Shown here one piece after another: positions 35,457 to 45,520 of a DNA stretch of 64,000 nucleotides. The stretch lies in assembly GCA_037441365.1 (NCBI GenBank), contig JBBISG010000002.1, forward strand, positions 7,462 to 71,461, read 5' to 3'. Origin of the DNA: Nitrospirota bacterium (GTDB lineage Bacteria; Nitrospirota; Thermodesulfovibrionia; Thermodesulfovibrionales; UBA9159). The position numbers and the translations under genes are program-made. How positions within the stretch are numbered: the first letter of the stretch is position 1; the number at the start of each line of letters is the position of its first letter. Under the pieces are notes generated by a model, which did no database searches, was not told the DNA's origin, and saw nothing but the letters and a program-made list of their open reading frames with translations.

Positions 35457-36863
35457 ATGTCAGAAGACAGAGGGCAAGGGGCAGAGAGAATTATAGTTAT
35501 AGGCATTGGTTATAAGCCGCTCGATAAAAGGGCGCGAAAGATTATCTCCACTGCCAACATTATCCTTACATCCAATAGGCTCTGTGAAGTCTTTAGGGAA
35601 TATGAGGAATATGAGGCAGTTAAAAATAAGATCAGGCTAATAAATAATGTGGACGAGACGATTGAATTTATTAGAGCGACAGTGTGGCAGATGGGGTCCC
35701 CGGAGAGGTGTCGCAGACCTTCTGTGGCAGAGTGCGGTAGAGCGACAGTTGTCCTCCTCGCCTCTGGAGATCCGATGTTTTTTGGCATAGGCAGAAGGAT
35801 TATCAGAGAGTTTGGAAAGGAGTGTGTGGAGATAATCCCTGACCTTTCAAGCATTCAGATGGCATTCAGCCGCATCAAGGAACCCTGGGATGATGCATTC
35901 CTTATGAGCCTTCACGGAGGCCCTGACCCTGAAAAGAGAAGGAGGGTAGCAGAGAGGAGGCTTACCTACGAGATAAAGGATATCCCGTCTCTGGCTGAGA
36001 GGTATGATAAAATAGCCATTCTCACTGATAAAGAAAACAATCCTTCTGTCATCGCAAGAGGGCTTTTAAAGCATTCGGCCTTAAAAATATATGTCTGTGA
36101 ACGACTCGGTTATTCCGATGAAAACATCATCGAAGGCACACCAGAGGAGATTGCAGGGATGACCTTCAGAGACCCAAATGTGGTGATAATAGTGAAAGAG
36201 GGCGATGCTGAGGGGGTTAATACTCGATCCGACGATTTACCAATTCAATCATTACCGGGCACCCCTTCACCGTCCCTGCCTCTCTTTGGTTTAACCGCCG
36301 ATGAGATTTACCATTCCCGTGGTCTTATAACAAAGGATGAGGTAAGGGCAATTGTTATTCATAAGTTAAGACCATTTCAGAAGATGGTCTTCTGGGACAT
36401 AGGTGCAGGCTCAGGCTCTGTATCTCTGGAGATCTCAAGGTTTTTTCCTGATGCAAGGGTCTATGCCATAGAGAGAGACACTGAACAGATAGGACACTTA
36501 AGCTTGAATACAAAAATGTTTAATACCGGTATTAATGTAATAAACGGTGAAGCACCAGAAGTCCTCCATGGACTTCCATCACCGGACAGGGTATTTATTG
36601 GTGGCAGTGGTGGAAGACTCACGGATATCCTTGAGTATGTTAACCAGAGAATGCTTAATGGTATTATTACAATAAATGCCACAACCCTTGAGACACTGAA
36701 CAGGGCAATAGAGGTATTAAGTGACAATAGTTATACAATTGATGTGATTGAGGCGAACATATCAAGACTAAAGCCATTAGGAGATTCTCAGCACCTTTCA
36801 GCAGAAAACCCTGTATTTATTATTACAGGAATAAAAGGAGGGGGCTTCAAAGTAGTGCAGTAG
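35457..36863 (+). CDS. cbiET: cobalt-precorrin-6B C5,C15-methyltransferase / decarboxylase, fused CbiE-CbiT (CobL type)
   Basis: The ATG at 35457 is preceded by AGGAGG; the ORF track starts at the GTG at 35424. CbiE part: IIVIGIGYKP...LLASGDPMFFG. CbiT part: LITKDEVRAIVIHKLRP...FWDIGAGSGSVSLE. Confidence 0.8.
   Translation: MSEDRGQGAERIIVIGIGYKPLDKRARKIISTANIILTSNRLCEVFREYEEYEAVKNKIRLINNVDETIEFIRATVWQMGSPERCRRPSVAECGRATVVLLASGDPMFFGIGRRIIREFGKECVEIIPDLSSIQMAFSRIKEPWDDAFLMSLHGGPDPEKRRRVAERRLTYEIKDIPSLAERYDKIAILTDKENNPSVIARGLLKHSALKIYVCERLGYSDENIIEGTPEEIAGMTFRDPNVVIIVKEGDAEGVNTRSDDLPIQSLPGTPSPSLPLFGLTADEIYHSRGLITKDEVRAIVIHKLRPFQKMVFWDIGAGSGSVSLEISRFFPDARVYAIERDTEQIGHLSLNTKMFNTGINVINGEAPEVLHGLPSPDRVFIGGSGGRLTDILEYVNQRMLNGIITINATTLETLNRAIEVLSDNSYTIDVIEANISRLKPLGDSQHLSAENPVFIITGIKGGGFKVVQ
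35693..35730 (+). repeat. degenerate P-element P4 inside cbiET, flanked by a 12-bp direct repeat
   Basis: GGGGTCCCCGGAGAGGTGTCGCAGACCTTCTGTGGCAG. TAGAGCGACAGT occurs at 35672-35683 and again at 35738-35749. Confidence 0.7.
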
Positions 36864-36958
36864 AGCAGCAGAACAGAGAATGGAGAGGATGGAGTAATGG
36901 AGTAATGGAGAAAAATAAGACCCAATACTCCAAAAATAAGAGTAGCTACTGCTCTAAT
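36851..36958. repeat. H-element H7 spanning the cbiET stop, the intergenic gap and the annotated cbiL 5' end
   Basis: Left arm ...TAGAGCAGCAG..ATGGAGTA ATGGAGTA ATGGAG (8-nt units). Right arm CCCAATACTCC...CTGCTCTA. TAGAGCAG (36861-36868) pairs with CTGCTCTA (36949-36956). Confidence 0.55.
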
Positions 36959-37675
36959 AAAGTAACAAATTTGAACTCCTTATATGTCATAGGCGTAGGT
37001 TCTGGGGACCCTGAGTTGCTCACCCTGAAGGCAATGAGGATTATCAGGGAAGTGCCTGTCCTGTTTGTGCCAAAAGGCAGAGAGGATGGAAAGAGTCTGG
37101 CCCTTTCTATTGTGAGCAGTGTTATAGACCTCAATGGAAAGGATATCAGGGAACTCCATTTTCCAATGGTGAAGACAAGGCATATAAACTCTGAACATGA
37201 AAAGAAATGGGAAATGATAACAGCAGAAATGGGAAAAGCCCTTGTTAGCTCTGATTGTGCCTTTCTCACCCTTGGGGACCCATCTTTTTATAGCACCTTT
37301 TTTTATCTCTATGAGAGGCTTCTTGGTTTAAGGCCAGACTTGAGGATAGAGATAATCCCTGGTGTCTCATCCATAAATGCTGCAGCAGCAAAGGCCCAGA
37401 TGTCTTTAGCCCTTGCAGATGAAAAAATAGCGATACTGCCGGCGACATACATGGAAGGCATAAAAGAAACGCTCGACAGATTCGATACTATTGTCCTTAT
37501 GAAGGTCAACAAGGTATTTGGCAGTGTGGTGAATATGCTTGGCGAAATGAATCTGACCGACAATGCTGTCTATATCTGTCGGGCAGGTATGGATGACGAA
37601 AGGATATTCAAGGACATAAGAGATGTCAGGAAAACAGACCTCGACTATTTTTCACTGGTGATAATTAAAAAATGA
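36905..37675 (+). CDS. cbiL: cobalt-factor II (precorrin-2) C20-methyltransferase. The N-terminal 22 aa lie inside a repeat hairpin; alternative TTG start at 36971
   Basis: LYVIGVGSGDPELLTLKAMRIIREVPVLFVPKG...FLTLGDPSFYSTF...IIPGVSS. Confidence 0.75.
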   Translation: MEKNKTQYSKNKSSYCSNKVTNLNSLYVIGVGSGDPELLTLKAMRIIREVPVLFVPKGREDGKSLALSIVSSVIDLNGKDIRELHFPMVKTRHINSEHEKKWEMITAEMGKALVSSDCAFLTLGDPSFYSTFFYLYERLLGLRPDLRIEIIPGVSSINAAAAKAQMSLALADEKIAILPATYMEGIKETLDRFDTIVLMKVNKVFGSVVNMLGEMNLTDNAVYICRAGMDDERIFKDIRDVRKTDLDYFSLVIIKK

Positions 37676-38427
37676 GCAAGGTCTATTTTATAGGCGCAGG
37701 GCCTGGCGACCCTGAATTGATAACCATTAAAGGCAGAAGGCTGCTGGAGGCTGCAGATGTCGTCATTTATGCTGGAAGCCTTGTTAATCCCGAACTATTA
37801 AAGGGCATAAGGGCAGATATACACGATTCATCAAAACTTGCCCTGGATGAAATCATAAAAATCATTGAATCTGCCATTAATAAAAACAAGACGGTTGTGA
37901 GGTTGCATACAGGTGATACATCATTTTACAGCGCCATCTCAGAGCAGATAGAGAGGCTCAGAAAATTGAATATACAATATGAGGTAATTCCAGGCGTATC
38001 CTCAGCAGCGGCAGGAGCGGCAATACTCGGCCAGGAGCTCACAATCCCGGAGGTGAGCCAGACTGTTATATTAACAAGACTTGAAGGAAGGACTCCTGTG
38101 CCAGAGAAGGAGAGATTGAGAGAGCTCGCAAGGCACAATGCCACAATGGTCATATTTTTGAGTGCTGCAATGATCGATAGGGTCCAGGAAGAGCTCCTTC
38201 ACGGCTATCCTGAAGACACACCCTTTGTGGTTATAGAGAAGGCAACATGGCATGAACAGAGGGTGATAAGAGGGGTGCTCAGAGACCTTTCAGATAAGGT
38301 GAAAGCGGCAGGGATTAAGAAAACAGCCCTCATCTATGTTGGCGATGCATTATGGGCCTCAGCAGAACCCCTCGGCAGGAAATCGAGACTTTATAGTAAG
38401 AATTTCACTCATGGATGCAGAAAATAG
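37672..38427 (+). CDS. cbiF: cobalt-precorrin-4 C11-methyltransferase
   Basis: KVYFIGAGPGDPELITIKGRRLLEAADVVIYAGSLVNPELL...RLHTGDTSFYSAI...VIPGVSS. Confidence 0.85.
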   Translation: MSKVYFIGAGPGDPELITIKGRRLLEAADVVIYAGSLVNPELLKGIRADIHDSSKLALDEIIKIIESAINKNKTVVRLHTGDTSFYSAISEQIERLRKLNIQYEVIPGVSSAAAGAAILGQELTIPEVSQTVILTRLEGRTPVPEKERLRELARHNATMVIFLSAAMIDRVQEELLHGYPEDTPFVVIEKATWHEQRVIRGVLRDLSDKVKAAGIKKTALIYVGDALWASAEPLGRKSRLYSKNFTHGCRK

Positions 38428-38435
38428 TGTCAGAT

Positions 38436-39539
38436 TTATCTCTCCCTTTTGCCGGCGATAAACTCCTCTACCATATCCCTTGCCGCCTCGTCAGGGAACT
38501 GCTTTATGGGATGCTTCATAAAATATGCAGATGGCGAAATAAGAACGCCTCCAATATTTCTGTCCCTTGCTATCTTACAGCACCTGATGGCATCTATAAC
38601 CACACCAGCACTGTTCGGTGAATCTTCAACAGAAAGTCTTAGTTCGAGATTTACAGGTATATGTCCGAAACCCCTGCCCTCCATCCTCAGAAAACAGATC
38701 TTGTTGTCATAAAGCCAGGGGATATAGTCCGAAGGACCGATATGTATGTTTTCGTTATTGAGTGGTCTATGAAGCTGGGATTGTACGGCCTCTGTCTTTG
38801 ATATCTTTTTTGATTTGAGCCTTTCCCGATTGAGCATGTTGAGAAAATCTGTATTGCCTCCAACATTTAACTGGTATGTGCTGTCTATCTTTACGCCCCT
38901 GTCTTCGAAAAGTCTTGTCAGTGCCCTGTGAATGATCGTTGCACCGATTTGACTTTTTATGTCATCCCCTATTATCGGGATCCTTTTTTCCTCAAAACGT
39001 CCTGCCCATCCTCTATCAGAAGCGATAAAAACAGGGACACAATTTATAAAACCAACCCCTGCCTTCAGACACATCTCTGCATAAAAGGCCGTTGCCTTTT
39101 CAGAGCCCACAGGCATATAGCTGACCAGCATGTCTGCCCCTGACCTTTTCAGAACCTGAGCCACATTGCACGGCTTTCTGTCTGAGACTATGAACCTCCT
39201 TTCATCCGGGAAATCCTTCATGTGTGGAGCTACCCCATCGAGGACCTCACCCATCTCGACCTTTACAGGATAGTCGGGGGGATCAGGGTTAAATACCTTT
39301 GTGCAATTCGGTTTTGCGAATATCGCCTCCTTAAGCGGCCTCCCGACCTTTCTCCTATCGATATCAAAGGCGGCAACAAACTCGATATCAGAGGGCCTGT
39401 ACCCACCAAGGTCATAATGCATCAGGCCGAGAGACCTGTCAGGATGCCTGTCGCCAAGCCCTTTGTAATACCCTACACCCTGAATCAGCGAGCTTGCGCA
39501 GTTTCCAACACCTGCGATGGCTACACGTATCTTTTCCAT
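38436..39539 (-). CDS. myo-inositol-1-phosphate (inositol-3-phosphate) synthase, short prokaryotic type
   Basis: [24 protein letters not shown]-terminus. 367 aa. ...[15 protein letters not shown]... NAD-binding / catalytic pattern. Confidence 0.8.
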   Translation of the reverse strand: MEKIRVAIAGVGNCASSLIQGVGYYKGLGDRHPDRSLGLMHYDLGGYRPSDIEFVAAFDIDRRKVGRPLKEAIFAKPNCTKVFNPDPPDYPVKVEMGEVLDGVAPHMKDFPDERRFIVSDRKPCNVAQVLKRSGADMLVSYMPVGSEKATAFYAEMCLKAGVGFINCVPVFIASDRGWAGRFEEKRIPIIGDDIKSQIGATIIHRALTRLFEDRGVKIDSTYQLNVGGNTDFLNMLNRERLKSKKISKTEAVQSQLHRPLNNENIHIGPSDYIPWLYDNKICFLRMEGRGFGHIPVNLELRLSVEDSPNSAGVVIDAIRCCKIARDRNIGGVLISPSAYFMKHPIKQFPDEAARDMVEEFIAGKRER

Positions 39540-39558
39540 TACCCCCCTATCTTAACGT

Positions 39559-39624
39559 CGGGATTAGGGATTCGGGATTAGGGATTGGGGATTCAGGCCC
39601 GAATTCCGAACTCCGAATGCCGAG
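39559..39624. repeat. H-element H8, intergenic
   Basis: CGGGATT AGGGATT CGGGATT AGGGATT GGGGATT CAGG / CCCGAAT TCCGAAC TCCGAAT GCCGAG. Same GGGATT unit type as H1. Confidence 0.8.
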
Positions 39625-39760
39625 CCCCCTTTTGCCGTAGTCGTTGCATAACTCATTCGGGCAGAAGAAGTCTATCGTCTCTGCTGAAAGTACCATGCAG
39701 ATTTTATATATCAACAGGGCTTCTCATGTCAAGATGCCGAATTGCCTCATTAGGAATCAA

Positions 39761-39796
39761 GGCACCCCAAAAAATCTGCGATTTTTTGGGGTGCCC
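39761..39796. repeat. P-element copy P5, intergenic, 12 nt downstream of the ntrC-like stop
   Basis: GGCACCCCAAAAAATC-TGC-GATTTTTTGGGGTGCC is a perfect 16-bp stem. Confidence 0.9.
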
Positions 39797-39807
39797 TTCT
39801 TTCTCCA

Positions 39808-41208
39808 TCACGGTCTTTTTATCCTGTACTCCTTTATCTTGGACCTGAGCGTATTCCTGTTGATGCCGAGGGTCTTCGCAGCCTTGAGCTGATTGCCACC
39901 TGTCTCATTAAGCACAATCTTTATGAGGGCCTTCTCCACCTCGGATATCACAGCATCATAGAGATTACAGTTGTCAAGGTTTACCATCTCTTTGAGATAG
40001 CGTCTCAACCTATCCTCGAGGAATTCCTCTATAGAATACGATCCTGCCTCTTCGAGCAGGAGGTCACGCTTTTCGATTATTGCGCCGCTGGACAGGACAT
40101 AGGCCCTTTTGATTGCATTCTCAAGTTCCCTTACATTGCCAGGCCAGTGATACCTTGACAGAAGGTCCCTAGCCTCTTTCGAGAGGTCCTTCTTGCCTGC
40201 ATTAAATTTCTTTTCTGCATCCTCAAGAAAGTGTCTTGCCAGCGGCAGGATATCCTCACGCCTCTCCCTGAGCGGGGGGAGCTTTATCTGTACTACATCG
40301 AATCTGTAGTAAAGGTCCTCCCTGAATATCCTCCTGCTGACAGCGTCCTTCAGGTCCCGATTCGTTGCGCCTATTATCCTGACATCGGCCTCTACGACAT
40401 GGTTTGACCCGAGGGGGCTGAATCTCCTGTCCTGGATAAATCTCAGGAGCTTTGCCTGAAGGTTCATATCGAGTTCGGATATCTCATCGAGGAACAGTGT
40501 GCCTCCATTTGCTGAGTCGATCTTCCCTCTGCGCCTCTCCCCTGCACCTGTAAAGGCCCCCTTTTCCATCCAAAGAGCTCTTGCCTCGAGAAGGTCCTTT
40601 GGTATAGAGGCAGAGTTTATGGCGACAAAGGGACCGCCCCTGCGGTTGCTGTTATGATGGATTGCCTTCGCAACGATCTCCTTTCCTGTCCCGCTCTCAC
40701 CTGTGATCAAAACAGTGATATCCTTTGATGCTATCCTCCCGATATCCTTAAAGACCTTCAACATCTTTGGGCTCCTTCCGATTATCTGCGGTTCTTCCGC
40801 CTCTGCTGTGGCGCTTCTGAGCTTGTTGAGCTCCTCCCTCATGGCCATATCCCTGAATGCCTTGTCCACAACAATCCTGAGCTCTTCTATATCAAAAGGC
40901 TTCTCTATGTAATCATAGGCCCCCTCCTTCATCGCCTCGATGGTGGTCTCCATCCTGCCGTGAGCAGTTATCATTATCACTGCCGCATCCCTGTAAAGCG
41001 ACCTTATCTCTCTGAGGGCATCAAGGCCATTGCCATCAGGAAGGACCAAATCCAGCAGAACGAGTTGCGAGTCTCCCTTTACTGCCTTCAACCCGGAAGA
41101 AAGTCGGGGGCGCGATACCACCTTATAACCTGATGGCTCGAGGGCCTTTTTCACAACCCATGTTATGGCATCATCATCATCTATTATCAGGACTTCCTTT
41201 TCACTCAT
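39808..41208 (-). CDS. NtrC-family sigma-54-dependent response regulator with an aberrant ESELFGH motif
   Basis: REC (LIIDDDD...LVLLDLVLPDGNG), Walker A GESGTGKEIVAKAIH, EARALWMEKGAFTGA, C-terminal HTH QLKAAKTLGINRNTLRSKIKEY. Confidence 0.85.
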   Translation of the reverse strand: MSEKEVLIIDDDDAITWVVKKALEPSGYKVVSRPRLSSGLKAVKGDSQLVLLDLVLPDGNGLDALREIRSLYRDAAVIMITAHGRMETTIEAMKEGAYDYIEKPFDIEELRIVVDKAFRDMAMREELNKLRSATAEAEEPQIIGRSPKMLKVFKDIGRIASKDITVLITGESGTGKEIVAKAIHHNSNRRGGPFVAINSASIPKDLLEARALWMEKGAFTGAGERRRGKIDSANGGTLFLDEISELDMNLQAKLLRFIQDRRFSPLGSNHVVEADVRIIGATNRDLKDAVSRRIFREDLYYRFDVVQIKLPPLRERREDILPLARHFLEDAEKKFNAGKKDLSKEARDLLSRYHWPGNVRELENAIKRAYVLSSGAIIEKRDLLLEEAGSYSIEEFLEDRLRRYLKEMVNLDNCNLYDAVISEVEKALIKIVLNETGGNQLKAAKTLGINRNTLRSKIKEYRIKRP

Positions 41209-42421
41209 TACTCTCCTCTACAGCGAATGGTATATACACATGAAACACCGTCCCCCTTGCCTGGCCTTGAGGGCTCTCGACTCTTATGAAACCGTTGTGG
41301 TCCTTAATTATCTTCTTTGAAAGGGCAAGGCCAAGCCCCGTGCCCTTTTTCTTCTTCGTATAAAAGGGGAGGAATATCCTGTGGATCTCACTCTTCGGGA
41401 TGCCCTTCCCTGTGTCCCTGATGGATATTACAGCCCACCGCCTTATCTGGCCGCTCAACACCGCATGTTCCCTCGATGGTCTTGTCTCTATGCTTAAAAT
41501 ACCACCTCCTGGCATGGCCTCTATCGCATTCTTTATTATATTCACAAAAACCTGCAGCAGCTTACCCTCATCCCCGATGACCTTCGGCAGGCTTGGGTCA
41601 TAGAACCTCTGGAGTGTTATATTAGCATTTTTAAAAGGACCCTTCGGGAATCTGCATCTCCCGCCCATCAGGGATGCATTCATTATTGAGATGGCCTTCT
41701 CAAGCACCTCGTGGATATTTATCTGGTGAAGGGCAGGCCTCCTGCTTATGGTGAGATAACCCTGAAGGATAGAGTTAAGCCTGTCCGTCTCCCTTATAAT
41801 GAGATTTATATACTCTCGGGCGGTGCCATCAATGCGTCGGTGGGAATTTGCTGCCTTCACAGTCCCCTGATCAGAAAGCCCTGCCTTTAAAAGCTGTGCC
41901 GCCCCCTTTATGCCTCCAAGGGGATTTTTGATCTCATGGGCTATTGCACCGAGAAGGTAAATGAGATAATCGAAGGAAGAGTCATCCCTCTCTGCTATCG
42001 CCATATCCTCACGGATCGAAAAAAGGGCGCCTTCGCATCTGTCGCCTACAATGAAGGGTGCGATATAAAAATCCACACTGTGGCCCCATGGATTCATGTG
42101 GACCTTTGCAGAGCCTGGCTTCGGTATGCCATTGCCCTTTACATCAACTTCTCTTGCGCTGAAGGTCCTGAGCTCTTTGATGGCCTTTTTTACCAGCGTT
42201 GAGATAGAGGCAGTGCCAGGGAATACCTCTTTTATCTTTTTGCCGACTATATCCTGATAGCCCTTCCCGAAGAATTCCTCCCCTGTCCTGTTTATAAATG
42301 TTATCACGCCCTTCCTGTCAAGAAGCAGAACGGTATCTTCAAGACAGTTTATGAGCGCCTCGGGATTGCCGAAGAATTGGTTATAACCTTTCAGTAAACC
42401 AGATGTGTTCCTGCCTGCCAT
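41201..42421 (-). CDS. NtrB-like sensor histidine kinase (PAS-HisKA-HATPase)
   Basis: H-box AHEIKNPLGGIKGAAQLL; N box NIIKNAIEAM; G boxes DTGKGI and GTGLGLALS. 8-nt overlap with the regulator gene. Confidence 0.8.
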   Translation of the reverse strand: MAGRNTSGLLKGYNQFFGNPEALINCLEDTVLLLDRKGVITFINRTGEEFFGKGYQDIVGKKIKEVFPGTASISTLVKKAIKELRTFSAREVDVKGNGIPKPGSAKVHMNPWGHSVDFYIAPFIVGDRCEGALFSIREDMAIAERDDSSFDYLIYLLGAIAHEIKNPLGGIKGAAQLLKAGLSDQGTVKAANSHRRIDGTAREYINLIIRETDRLNSILQGYLTISRRPALHQINIHEVLEKAISIMNASLMGGRCRFPKGPFKNANITLQRFYDPSLPKVIGDEGKLLQVFVNIIKNAIEAMPGGGILSIETRPSREHAVLSGQIRRWAVISIRDTGKGIPKSEIHRIFLPFYTKKKKGTGLGLALSKKIIKDHNGFIRVESPQGQARGTVFHVYIPFAVEESNE

Positions 42422-42580
42422 ATCTAAGGAAACTCTATCACAGTATGTAGCAGATTAGTCAAGTGCCAGCAAAGACCTTGCAAAAAGGGTCTCTTTTATG
42501 ATAAGCTTCCACCCTGATATTAATCAATACACACGCCTTGTAACCCCTTGCTGGTCTTTCCAGTTCAGGAGGAGAGTAGT

Positions 42581-42616
42581 GGGGTCCCGGGGCCTTTGGC
42601 TTCTGGGTAAGGGCGG
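42581..42616 (+). repeat. possible decayed P-element P6 upstream of rpsB
   Basis: GGGGTCCCGGGGCCTTTGGCTTCTGGGTAAGGGCGG shares the GGGGTCCC head and TTCTGGG tail with P1. Confidence 0.35.
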
Positions 42617-42640
42617 AGGTAAAACCAGAGGAGGAACTTT

Positions 42641-43498
42641 ATGGTAGTAACAATGAAAGAGCTCCTGGAGGCAGGGGTCCATTTTGGCCACCAGGTGAAG
42701 AGATGGAATCCGAAGATGAAGAAATACATCTTCGGCGAGAGAAACGGCATTTACATAATCGACCTTCAGAAGACACTGAAGGGGATTGAAGATGCCTGCA
42801 ATGTCATCAGAGAGGTCGCCATGAAAGGTGCACCAATACTCTTTGTTGGCACCAAGAAACAGGCCCAGGACGCTATCCAGGAGGAGGCGCAGAGGGCAGG
42901 GGCCTTTTATGTAAACCAGAGATGGCTCGGCGGAATGCTGACAAACTTTTTTACCATCAAGAAGAGCATAGAGCGACTCAAGGCCATCGAGAAGATGAGA
43001 GAGGATGGCACCTATGATGCCATATCGAAAAAAGAGGTAGCTATCCTCGAGAAGGAGAGGTCAAAGCTCCAGCGGAATCTAAGCGGTATAAAAGAGATGC
43101 CCGGACTGCCAGGTGCTATATTCGTGGTAGACTCCAAAAAGGAGAGGATCGCTGTTCTTGAGGCAAGAAGGCTCTCCATCCCTGTAGTTGCAGTGGTCGA
43201 CACGAACTGCGACCCTGACGAGGTTGACTATGTTATCCCCGGCAATGATGATGCAATCAGGGCAATAAAGCTGCTGACATCAAAGGTGGCTGATGCTGTT
43301 ATAGAGGGGAAAGAGGCGCTCTCAAAGGCTGCCTCGGCAGAGGCCGAAAAGGCGATGATAGAAGACAAGATCGAGCAGGAAGAGGGCACCCCAAAAAGTC
43401 AAAGACTTTTTGGGGACCCCGGTGAGGCAGAAGTATCTGAGGGGGGCCTTGCAGGGGAGGGGGAATATCACCCGCATACTTCGGAGGTTTCGGCATGA
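42641..43498 (+). CDS. rpsB: 30S ribosomal protein S2 with ~35-aa C-terminal extension containing a palindromic element
   Basis: [51 protein letters not shown] upstream. Confidence 0.95.
   Translation: MVVTMKELLEAGVHFGHQVKRWNPKMKKYIFGERNGIYIIDLQKTLKGIEDACNVIREVAMKGAPILFVGTKKQAQDAIQEEAQRAGAFYVNQRWLGGMLTNFFTIKKSIERLKAIEKMREDGTYDAISKKEVAILEKERSKLQRNLSGIKEMPGLPGAIFVVDSKKERIAVLEARRLSIPVVAVVDTNCDPDEVDYVIPGNDDAIRAIKLLTSKVADAVIEGKEALSKAASAEAEKAMIEDKIEQEEGTPKSQRLFGDPGEAEVSEGGLAGEGEYHPHTSEVSA
43384..43420 (-). repeat. P-element copy P7 inside the rpsB 3' extension
   Basis: GGGCACCCCAAAAAGTC-AAA-GACTTTTTGGGGACCCC, translated as [12 protein letters not shown]. Confidence 0.9.
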
Positions 43499-44091
43499 TA
43501 ACTATCTCGGCAGATATGGTTAAAGAACTGAGACAGAAGACAGGGGTCGGCATGATGGAGTGCAAAAGGGCACTCACAGAGAGCAGTGGTGATTTTGATA
43601 AGGCGGTGGCGATCCTCAGGCAGAAGGGGCTTGCGAGTGCATACAAAAAGGCAGGGCGGGCCGCATCTGAGGGTATTGTCGGTTCTTATATCCACATGGA
43701 CAGAATCGGGGTCCTCGTGGAAATAAACTGTGAGACTGATTTTGTTGCAAGGACGGATGACTTCAGGAATATGGTTAAGGATATCGCAATGCACATTGCC
43801 GCTGCAAACCCTCTGTATGTATCGAGAGAGGATGTACCCGGGGATGTCATTGAGAAGGAAAAGGAGATATACAGGGCACAGGTCGCAGGCAAACCACCGC
43901 AGGTTGTTGAAAAGATAGTAGAGGGAAAGCTCGAGAAGTTCTTCAGCGAAAACTGTCTTCTCGAACAGATATTTATAAAGGACCCTGAACAGAAGCTCAG
44001 GGTAAAGGACCTTGTGGCTGAGAAGATCGGGAAGTTAGGCGAAAACATTGTTATAAGGCGCTTTGTCAGGTTCCAGGTGGGTGAACGTTAA
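43495..44091 (+). CDS. tsf: translation elongation factor Ts
   Basis: [41 protein letters not shown]. Short (198 aa) form. ATGA overlap with rpsB. Confidence 0.95.
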   Translation: MITISADMVKELRQKTGVGMMECKRALTESSGDFDKAVAILRQKGLASAYKKAGRAASEGIVGSYIHMDRIGVLVEINCETDFVARTDDFRNMVKDIAMHIAAANPLYVSREDVPGDVIEKEKEIYRAQVAGKPPQVVEKIVEGKLEKFFSENCLLEQIFIKDPEQKLRVKDLVAEKIGKLGENIVIRRFVRFQVGER

Positions 44092-44094
44092 TAG

Positions 44095-44814
<720 letters not shown>

Positions 44815-44816
44815 CC

Positions 44817-45374
44817 GTGGAAAAGGAATTGAAGAGGAAGACCATTGAAAGAATGGATGGCGCTGTTGAGGCCCTCAGGAGGGAATTCGGCTCTATAAGG
44901 ACAGGGAGGGCTTCTCTTGCCCTTCTCGATGGGATAATGGTGGATTACTATGGAACACCAATGCCGATAGGGCAGCTCGCAAGCCTGAGCGTCCCTGAGC
45001 CGCGTCAGATAGCGATACAGCCCTGGGAACAGAGGATAATCCCTGAAATAGAAAAGGCCATACTTAAGTCCGACCTCGGCCTCACCCCCACAAATGATGG
45101 AAGGATTATAAGAATAAACATCCCACCGCTTACAGAGGAGCGGAGAAAACAGCTTGTGAAGGTTGTGAGGAAAAGGGCTGAGGAGGCGAGGGTCGCCATA
45201 AGGAATATCAGAAGGGATTCGAATGAGGAGCTGAAGAGGCTCGAAAAAGAAAGACATATAAGCGAGGACGAGGTGAAAAGGTCTCAGGATGAGATACAGA
45301 AACTGACCGATTCGTATATAACCAAGGTAGATGAAATTCTCGATCATAAAGAGAAGGAGATAATGGAGGTTTAG
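44817..45374 (+). CDS. frr: ribosome recycling factor
   Basis: [49 protein letters not shown]. 185 aa. Confidence 0.95.
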   Translation: MEKELKRKTIERMDGAVEALRREFGSIRTGRASLALLDGIMVDYYGTPMPIGQLASLSVPEPRQIAIQPWEQRIIPEIEKAILKSDLGLTPTNDGRIIRINIPPLTEERRKQLVKVVRKRAEEARVAIRNIRRDSNEELKRLEKERHISEDEVKRSQDEIQKLTDSYITKVDEILDHKEKEIMEV

Positions 45375-45375
45375 A

Positions 45376-45519
45376 ATGGCTGACATCAATTATATCCTTA
45401 AAGTGAAGGATGCAAGGCCTGCAGATATACAGAAGGCACTTCAGCAGGCAGGCATTCAGGTCAGGAGTATCATAGAGGTATTCAAAGAGGAAGACAAAAC
45501 CGTACAAGAGGCAAAGTGA
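45376..45519 (+). CDS. possible small protein (47 aa), hypothetical
   Basis: ATG at 45376 lies 2 nt after the frr stop, with GGAGG 6 nt upstream. Translation: MADINYILKVKDARPADIQKALQQAGIQVRSIIEVFKEEDKTVQEAK. It fills the frr-dksA gap exactly and is below the ORF-track cutoff. Confidence 0.35.
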   Translation: MADINYILKVKDARPADIQKALQQAGIQVRSIIEVFKEEDKTVQEAK

Positions 45520-45520
45520 C

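Noticed and set aside
39585-39892. ORFs 39585..39848 and 39644..39892 in the intergenic spacer, 54503..54790 downstream of the glycosyltransferases, and 42565..42750 upstream of rpsB.
   Set aside because: They exist only because the P and H repeat elements lack stop codons. Their translations contain the tell-tale PQKICDFLG / TPKNLRFFG peptides. I do not consider them genes.
42422-42640. A sigma-70 promoter (TTGCAA ... TGATAAG) and a regulatory leader upstream of rpsB.
   Set aside because: The spacing between the candidate -35 and -10 hexamers is poor (13-16 nt, depending on the hexamer chosen), and the -10 is weak. I cannot support it from sequence alone.
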